From NCBI GenBank assembly GCA_964390615.1, contig CAYMIC010000001.1:1-53158 (forward strand): a DNA stretch of 53,158 nt. The letters run 5' to 3'. Positions 47,044 through 53,158 of the stretch are shown here, piece by piece; position 1 is the stretch's first letter, and each line of letters begins with the position of its first letter. This stretch comes from an uncultured Candidatus Saccharibacteria bacterium. GTDB taxonomy: Bacteria > Patescibacteriota > Minisyncoccia > Phycocordibacterales > UBA9973. The position numbers and the translations under genes are program-made. The notes beneath the pieces were generated by a model that was given only the letters and a program-made list of their open reading frames with translations, searched no databases and had not been told where the DNA came from.

Positions 47044-48072
47044 TTATTTCTTATAGTTTTTCTTAAATTGATTATGGTACTTTTGCCTACTAGGACCAAC
47101 CAAAAATTGATTTATTTTCTTTGGAAACTTATCACAGATATGGCAAATCTTGCTACAGTATCCACTGAGTTTGTTTTTACAACCAACACAGCAAATAAAC
47201 AAAACATGGCAAGAATTGTTCTTGCAATGGATATAATCATCACATTTGGTTTTTTCACATACTTGGCAAGTAGCTATAATCTCGTCCCCGACTCTCTCAC
47301 CCATGCGCTCATCAAAAACAAAGTTTTTGCCTTTAAATTTATTCTGTAATCCTTTAGCTTTGACTTGATGAGCGTAATCAATAATTCCTCCCTTGATATG
47401 TTTGACATTCTTAAAACCATTGTGCTTCATCCAAGCTGAAGCTTTTTCGCACCTTATACCACCAGTACAATACAGTAAGACTTCTTCGTCTTTTTTATCT
47501 TTAAACATATCAGTTACTTTCGCTAGTTGTTCTCTAAAAGTATCTACGTTCATCAATTTTGCATTTTCAAAATGGCCGATAGCTGCTTCATACATATTAC
47601 GCATGTCTATCACTGTTACCCCTCTATCAATCATATTATTTACATCCTCCGCTGTGGCATAAGCTCCTGTATCACTCGGATTAAAAGTAGAATCATCTAA
47701 TCCATCAGCAACTATTTTGGGACGAACTTTGATAATTAATTTCAAGAAACTAGACTGTATTCCCTTGCCCTTCTCTTCCACTGCCATCTTGTAAGGCACA
47801 CCAGCAAATTCTTTTGTGTTTTGAATAAACTTATCGAAAGCCTCCCAGTTATGCTCGGGAACATTCATCTGTGCATTTATACCTTCATGAGCAACGTAAA
47901 TACGGCCGAGGCATCCAAGATTCTCAAATTTATCAAATAAAAAATCCCTCATCTCTTTAGGATTTTCTATCTTCACGTATTTATAAAAAGAAAGAGTTTT
48001 GCGTCTGAAATTCTCTTTCTCTAAATCGCGCATTAGCTCCTCTTTAGATTTTGTGTTTACTTTCTTATACAT
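47044..48072 (-). CDS. trhO: tRNA uridine(34) hydroxylase / rhodanese-domain protein (YceA/UPF0176 family)
   Basis: 342 aa. LYCTGGIRCEKASAWMKHNGF, GKNFVFDERMGERV and the Cys-rich C-terminus closely resemble E. coli YceA as I recall it. Confidence 0.88.
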   Translation of the reverse strand: MYKKVNTKSKEELMRDLEKENFRRKTLSFYKYVKIENPKEMRDFLFDKFENLGCLGRIYVAHEGINAQMNVPEHNWEAFDKFIQNTKEFAGVPYKMAVEEKGKGIQSSFLKLIIKVRPKIVADGLDDSTFNPSDTGAYATAEDVNNMIDRGVTVIDMRNMYEAAIGHFENAKLMNVDTFREQLAKVTDMFKDKKDEEVLLYCTGGIRCEKASAWMKHNGFKNVKHIKGGIIDYAHQVKAKGLQNKFKGKNFVFDERMGERVGDEIIATCQVCEKTKCDDYIHCKNNSCHVLFICCVGCKNKLSGYCSKICHICDKFPKKINQFLVGPSRQKYHNQFKKNYKK

Positions 48073-48118
48073 ATTACCTTATAGAGAATATACCGTTCCT
48101 AGCCCTTCTTTGCAAGAA

Positions 48119-51046
48119 TTACTTTTTGTAGATTCTAGCCATCTGGCAATACTCACAAACAGCATTGGATTTACCATAAGATTTGAAATGACATGGGCGG
48201 GTTACCCAAGTACCTGTTTTGAGCATGTTGTCATAGTCAGCAATGTCTCGGACCAACATGTCTATTTTATCTTTATCAATATAGGTTCGGTAAAATGCAT
48301 CTTCTGGATTTTTAGCTTCCAAAAATTCCAAAGTAGATTCTACGACATCTTTTTTCCATTTAGAATTCTCTGATAAAAGATAAGAGTACATAGCCAGCTG
48401 ACGCATGTAGCCATCCATTCTACCCTCGTCATCTATTTTTTCAATATCTCGCTTACTTCTTCCAGAACCTGTTTTAAAATCTGTGACCTTTACTTTGCCA
48501 TCACCACCAACTTCAATCAAATCAACCTTGCCATAGATAGATAAATCTGGATAACGATCATCCGAGAGAGATACCGATTCTTCATTTTTATAATTTTTAG
48601 ATATCTCTTTGTATCTAGTTTTAAACCAATGTTCCGCTATCTTTTTAGCTTTGTTCTGATCAGATTCTTTTAATTTAAAATAATGACTTTCTTCTGGAAC
48701 CTTGCCGGTCTTTAAAATTTCATCTATCGCAGAGTGCACCACATTTCCAAACTCCAAACTCGGAGACTCAGGCTCAGGAAGTTGCAACATATTTCGAAAA
48801 TACCATTTCCAGGGACATTCAAAAAAGTTGTTAAGCATCGACACAGAAACTTTGCGATCCACATAATCTTCCCTCACTAATTCTACCAAACCTGCTAAAT
48901 CAAGCGCCGAGACAGGTAAGACGCTTGACCTAACATAAGAAGCTGGGTCAGTAGTTAAAATTTTATCTTCAGTAGTACTTGCAGTTTCTTTCACCAAATG
49001 AGCATCGATAGCATGGATCACTTGAGCAAGTTCCTGCTCGCCACCAGTATACCCATGCCGAGCATACGATAGAGTGCAAAAGCTCTTGGCTCGAGTAATA
49101 GCAACATATAGCTGGCGTTTCAAGACTTCTTCATCACGTTCATCTGTTTTTTCTTTTATACTACTAGGTAGAGTAAAGCCACCAGAGCGCCCACCAGCGA
49201 GAGATTTTTCATCTAAATGCGCAATCCAAACAAATTCAAACTCAAGCCCTTTAGAAGCGTGCAAAGTCATAACTTTTATCCCCTGATCTCTTTTAAAAAT
49301 TGCGAGTGGAATACTTTCACCATAGTTTTCAATTCGATCCAAGAAAACCATGAAATCTCTAATGGTGATTTTGGAATCTCTTTCAATCTCTGACATGACT
49401 AGATGAAGTACGGTACGGATGACTTCCACCCTCTCGGTTAGCTCAGCATGAGTCTCAGCCTTATCTAAAAATAATTCTGTGCCTACTGTTTGAATGAAAG
49501 AATATAAACTCATCGTAGGAGTCAGATTCAACCATTCTTTCAATTGCAAAAACCAAGTCGTAATTTTATCTTCAGTACTGAAGAGTGTATTACTACTCCC
49601 TGGAATCAAATCTAAAAAATTAAAATCCCTGGTTTTTCTATTTACCAAAAACTTATGAGCAGAGATTGGATCCACTCCTGAAATAGAATCAAACAATGAC
49701 TCGCCCACATACACCCCACTCTCTGGATATGCCAAAATTCGAAGCACGCGAATAAAGGATTGAGCTACCGGTGATTCAAAAAAATCAGTCTTATCTCCTT
49801 CTGAGACTGGTAAACCTAAATCACGCAAAACTGTTATCGCACTACGAACTTGTTTATTTTTAGGAACCAAAATAGCCACTTCTTCAGGATCGATTTTATT
49901 TAAGATTTTTTTTATTTCTAACCCAGCTCGAATAATCTCATCCCTCGGATAATCTGCTTCTACCAACCGAATATCGTTATCTCCTTTTTTATTACTTTTT
50001 AATTTCGCTCCGACTAAAGCACTCGGAAGTAAGGTATGTGAAGAATCTAGAATATTTTGAGTCGAGCGATAATTTTCAATGAGAGTAATCAACTCTGCCT
50101 TACCAAATTCATTTTTAAAATTTTCAAAGTATTCCAAACTAGCTCCACCAAATCCGTAGATCAATTGGCGATCATCCCCCACCACAAAGATGTTCGGTCT
50201 CTCAGCATCCCCCCAAACAGCTTTTAAAAATTGATTCTGCACCCCAGAAGAATCTTGATGTTCATCGATAAGTACATACAAATACTCTTCCTGTATTTCT
50301 TGTTTAGCAGTTTCCGACTCCTCTACAATTTTAACTAAGCTCTCAAGTACATCATCATAGTCGAGGACATTTGTTCTTTCTTTTTCTTGCTCATATATTT
50401 CATAAAATAAAACAGTCTCTCGAGTACGTTCAAGTCCTTCAATCTCTTTGATTATTTCTTTTTTCAGTTCACCTTTACGCGAACCTCGAGAAGACACACT
50501 TAGAGGATCAGTCTTTAACGCTTCGATTTCTTTTTCTATTTCCCTCTCTAGGGAATCTGGGGTTATCCGCTCGCGCTTGAGTACAGAAATTAAACTCTTT
50601 AAATCACGAAAGTATCTAGTACTATCTCCGCGAGGAGAAATATGTTCCCAAGCATTATTTTGCAAAATCTGATCTACCAAGAGTATTGCCCCTTGTTCAT
50701 CAAGTAAATCAGGCTCACTATCCTTATCTAAAACTCGAAAGTATTTTCGCACCATATCCATACCAAAACTATGAAAGGTGGCGACGTTGACTCTACCAGC
50801 TTCTGGACCGATATACGCTCGCAACCGCTCGCGCATAGCTTTTACCCCTGAATTCGTAAAAGTAAGGCAAAGTATACCATCAGCCTTGGTGTCTGTATTC
50901 TTCAAGATATAACCAATACGAAGCGCCAAAACTTGAGTCTTACCAGTACCTGGACCTGCCACCACCATAACCGGACCATCAATAGTATCCACAGCCTGTC
51001 TCTGGGCTTGGTTTAATTTTTTATATTCTTCGTCAAAAGTATACAT
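48119..51046 (-). CDS. UvrD/PcrA-type SF1 helicase fused to a C-terminal PD-(D/E)XK nuclease with four Cys (AddAB/RecB-Cas4-like)
   Basis: 975 aa. Helicase motifs AGPGTGKT, LIDEHQDS, VVGDDRQLIYGF, NYRSTQNI, MTLHASKGLEFEFV and LYVAITRAK. Nuclease motifs GKVDLIEV...VTDFKTG and QLAMYSYLL. Cys ligands FFECPWKWYF ... RPCHF...CEYC. Confidence 0.85.
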   Translation of the reverse strand: MYTFDEEYKKLNQAQRQAVDTIDGPVMVVAGPGTGKTQVLALRIGYILKNTDTKADGILCLTFTNSGVKAMRERLRAYIGPEAGRVNVATFHSFGMDMVRKYFRVLDKDSEPDLLDEQGAILLVDQILQNNAWEHISPRGDSTRYFRDLKSLISVLKRERITPDSLEREIEKEIEALKTDPLSVSSRGSRKGELKKEIIKEIEGLERTRETVLFYEIYEQEKERTNVLDYDDVLESLVKIVEESETAKQEIQEEYLYVLIDEHQDSSGVQNQFLKAVWGDAERPNIFVVGDDRQLIYGFGGASLEYFENFKNEFGKAELITLIENYRSTQNILDSSHTLLPSALVGAKLKSNKKGDNDIRLVEADYPRDEIIRAGLEIKKILNKIDPEEVAILVPKNKQVRSAITVLRDLGLPVSEGDKTDFFESPVAQSFIRVLRILAYPESGVYVGESLFDSISGVDPISAHKFLVNRKTRDFNFLDLIPGSSNTLFSTEDKITTWFLQLKEWLNLTPTMSLYSFIQTVGTELFLDKAETHAELTERVEVIRTVLHLVMSEIERDSKITIRDFMVFLDRIENYGESIPLAIFKRDQGIKVMTLHASKGLEFEFVWIAHLDEKSLAGGRSGGFTLPSSIKEKTDERDEEVLKRQLYVAITRAKSFCTLSYARHGYTGGEQELAQVIHAIDAHLVKETASTTEDKILTTDPASYVRSSVLPVSALDLAGLVELVREDYVDRKVSVSMLNNFFECPWKWYFRNMLQLPEPESPSLEFGNVVHSAIDEILKTGKVPEESHYFKLKESDQNKAKKIAEHWFKTRYKEISKNYKNEESVSLSDDRYPDLSIYGKVDLIEVGGDGKVKVTDFKTGSGRSKRDIEKIDDEGRMDGYMRQLAMYSYLLSENSKWKKDVVESTLEFLEAKNPEDAFYRTYIDKDKIDMLVRDIADYDNMLKTGTWVTRPCHFKSYGKSNAVCEYCQMARIYKK

Positions 51047-51047
51047 A

Positions 51048-51971
51048 TTACAAAGTTGATACTGCAGTTTTTAATTCTCTATGTGATTTATAGAAGAAAA
51101 GACCGATGATTATGAAGGTCATAAGTGGAGAAACGTATTCTGGTACATGGACACCAAAACTATGACATATCATAATCACTCCAAGAACAAGGATAGAATA
51201 CATAGCTCCATTTTTTAAATACGCATATTTTTTAATTCGTTCTATATTTCGTAGTGTAAGCTCTCTAACCAAAAGAGCGCCAAAGCCATTTCCAAGTAAA
51301 ATAAGTGGAACGGACAAAGTAAAAGCAAATGCTCCTAAAACTCCATCAATAGAAAAAGTCGTATCAATAATTTCTAAGAAAAAAAGTTTAGACAAGTCGG
51401 ATTGAGCACTACCTAAAAGTTTTTTCTCTTGCATTTCAGCATTTTGTTTAAAACCATGAGTTATGAAAAATAAAGTTGAGCCAATTACAGCACCAAGTCC
51501 CATCATACTACTCTCTTTTAAAGCAAATGCGGTAATGACTGTTAAAAGAATAGAAACTATTGCGTAAAACCAAATTCCTTTAGACATAAAAAACTTCTCA
51601 GTCCGTGGTAGTCCGGGATTTTTATCTTCCAAGAAAAGCCAGTGTAAAAATAAAAATAAAAGAAATACTCCACCAGCAACCAAAAGTATTGGTGCAGATT
51701 TTTCTATTGATTCTTGAACGAGAGGGTCAGAGCTCCATGCCGCCGAAAGTACTTGCCCGATAGAAAGACTAGAGTTGAAAGCCCAGACTATCGCAAAAGG
51801 CAAAACTCCGCGCACCATAAACACAGCAATAAACATGCCCCAGGTCAAAAACCACCGGCGAGCACGCTTACTCATTGTACCCAAGACTTCGGCATTGATG
51901 ATAGCATTGTCCACTGACGAAACCGCCTCAAAGAGAGTCAAACCTAGTATTGTAAAAATTGCAGCTAACAT
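51048..51971 (-). CDS. Integral membrane protein, DUF475/TerC-like
   Basis: 307 aa with eight or more TM helices and motif VSSVDNAIINAEVL. The family call is from memory of the motif only. Confidence 0.5.
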   Translation of the reverse strand: MLAAIFTILGLTLFEAVSSVDNAIINAEVLGTMSKRARRWFLTWGMFIAVFMVRGVLPFAIVWAFNSSLSIGQVLSAAWSSDPLVQESIEKSAPILLVAGGVFLLFLFLHWLFLEDKNPGLPRTEKFFMSKGIWFYAIVSILLTVITAFALKESSMMGLGAVIGSTLFFITHGFKQNAEMQEKKLLGSAQSDLSKLFFLEIIDTTFSIDGVLGAFAFTLSVPLILLGNGFGALLVRELTLRNIERIKKYAYLKNGAMYSILVLGVIMICHSFGVHVPEYVSPLMTFIIIGLFFYKSHRELKTAVSTL

Positions 51972-51980
51972 CCTTATATT

Positions 51981-52733
51981 TTAGCGCACTTTACCCCATT
52001 TGCCCACTTTAGTGCGGACTATGGTTAAGGCTAAAGCTGGAATGCCAAGTTTTTCACCCAAGTCATTGGAGATACTACGCACATAGGTGCCAGAACCACA
52101 TTTGATGTGAAACGAAGCTATGTAAAACTTGTCTTGAGACCCCTGGAGAACTTTCTCCCAATTTTTTAAAATTTCTTTTTGTCGAAAATCCCCTTCTACC
52201 TTGAAAATCCTTTTTTTAATTTTTTTAAATAAAACATCTCCGCAAGCTTTTCTAATTTTCAAAAATTTTAAACTTTTTACTTCTACTTTATGAGTTGGAA
52301 CTTTTACCTCCACTCCCGCCCTGGCGTATTCAAAAAGATGTTTACCTTGCACTGTTTGTGAAGAATAAATTGGATATTTTTGAGAAAACTTACCTGTAAA
52401 AAATTTGAGATTTTGTCTTATTTTATTTTCTAAATCTTTTTGAATCAAATCAAGAATCTTGCATTCTACAATCTTGCCCAAGATATCGTACGTATCTGTT
52501 GCAAAACCAAACAAAATTTCAAAGTCGTATTCTTTATCTAATTTCAAATACTTATCCTTATTTTTACACTCATCTCCTGCGAGGACTACCAAGACACCAG
52601 AAGCCATAGGGTCCAATCTGCCAGCATAGGTCATCGGCATATTTACATACTCTTTGTTTTTAATGCGAAAAGACTCCAACGATTGTAGTGGAGTCTCCCC
52701 TTCTTTTTTATTTAGAATAATTACCTTCTTCAT
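51981..52733 (-). CDS. truB: tRNA pseudouridine(55) synthase TruB-like
   Basis: 250 aa. Catalytic-Asp motif YAGRLDPMASGVLVVLAG, plus KEYDFEILFGFATDTYDILG. Confidence 0.8.
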   Translation of the reverse strand: MKKVIILNKKEGETPLQSLESFRIKNKEYVNMPMTYAGRLDPMASGVLVVLAGDECKNKDKYLKLDKEYDFEILFGFATDTYDILGKIVECKILDLIQKDLENKIRQNLKFFTGKFSQKYPIYSSQTVQGKHLFEYARAGVEVKVPTHKVEVKSLKFLKIRKACGDVLFKKIKKRIFKVEGDFRQKEILKNWEKVLQGSQDKFYIASFHIKCGSGTYVRSISNDLGEKLGIPALALTIVRTKVGKWGKVR

Positions 52734-52736
52734 TAA

Positions 52737-52982
52737 CTAAGCTCTTTTTTTACTAGCAGTCTTGGTAGGAACATTCATAGCTTTCATTTCTTTAGCTACA
52801 ACTCCTTTTACTACTTTCACATCTTTCTTCACTTCTTTTTGCACTTTCATCGCCCAATCCTGTAACTTCTTCTGATGCTTCTTACCATCGGGACCCCAAA
52901 GCATATATGCTGCTCCTGCTACTGCGCTTAGAGCCAAACCTGTTTTTACTGCCTTACCTACTCCACTTTTTTTCTTTGCCAT
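52737..52982 (-). CDS. YtxH-like small Lys-rich membrane-anchored protein
   Basis: 81 aa with a hydrophobic segment GLALSAVAGAAYMLW followed by a Lys-rich helical region. Confidence 0.5.
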   Translation of the reverse strand: MAKKKSGVGKAVKTGLALSAVAGAAYMLWGPDGKKHQKKLQDWAMKVQKEVKKDVKVVKGVVAKEMKAMNVPTKTASKKRA

Positions 52983-53006
52983 AATATTTATATATTAATA
53001 TTATAA

Positions 53007-53158
53007 TTACTTATTCTTTTTGGTTCGTTTTTTCTTTCCAAAAATAAATTTATAAACTGCACTATCTTCTACCTCTGAGAAAGCATCCCCAACTTTTTCC
53101 GAAGCATTATTTACTCCATTTTTAAGAATTCTAGAGATATCCCGGAAATTTTGTAAAG
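53007..53158 (-). CDS. Partial CDS (C-terminal 50 codons; the 5' end lies beyond the window)
   Basis: My own translation of the minus strand gives ...LQNFRDISRILKNGVNNASEKVGDAFSEVEDSAVYKFIFGKKKRTKKNK, with a TAA stop at 53009-53007. Not in the ORF track. Confidence 0.3.
   Translation of the reverse strand, partial: LQNFRDISRILKNGVNNASEKVGDAFSEVEDSAVYKFIFGKKKRTKKNK

Noticed and set aside
47044-47250. Cys-rich C-terminus of TrhO (CQVCEKTKCDDYIHCKNNSCHVLFICCVGCKNKLSGYCSKICHIC) as a novel zinc-finger fusion
   Set aside because: The same Cys-rich tail is present in E. coli YceA/TrhO as I recall it, so it is a family feature.

Overview
A 53.2-kb, AT-rich, very gene-dense bacterial chromosome segment. 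I can support 47 CDS (one cut by the right edge) and one tRNA-Thr. There is no rRNA, CRISPR array or prophage. Most genes are core information-processing functions: tgt, mreB-mreC, proS, rpsB-tsf, a contiguous rpoB-rpoC-dnaG-rpoD block, rpsP-KH-trmD, rnr, nusB-rnc-smc, rpmF, thrS, gyrB, a pheS-like gene, trhO and truB. Several traits fit a reduced-genome CPR/Patescibacteria-like organism, but that is inference only: domain-minimised enzymes (ProRS without INS, ThrRS without TGS, short RpoB/RpoC), Lys-rich protein tails, weak or absent Shine-Dalgarno signals, and a giant Cys-paired repeat surface protein. Worth a second look: (i) none of the 47 CDS ends in or contains TGA (34 TAA, 13 TAG). (ii) A secreted protein consists of about 39 consecutive x-Y-x-[VI]-x-G hexapeptides and sits behind a near-consensus promoter. 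(iii) A HUH/Y1 (RAYT/IS200-like) transposase gene is bracketed by exact inverted copies of a 19-nt hairpin; one copy also looks like the terminator of the rpoB operon and carries the transposase -35. (iv) A stand-alone PheS catalytic core is fused to an FDX-ACB domain, the mitochondrial-type monomeric PheRS architecture. (v) There are two unusual fusions, NusB-Nudix and DD-carboxypeptidase-CapA. (vi) The SMC is only 744 aa and has no hinge. (vii) A Cys/redox-rich envelope cluster holds a Trx-like protein, a GT2 synthase, a Cys-tailed DUF378 protein and DsbA. (viii) Several promoters are placed so that the mRNAs would be leaderless. All functional calls come from motif recognition by eye; no database search was run.
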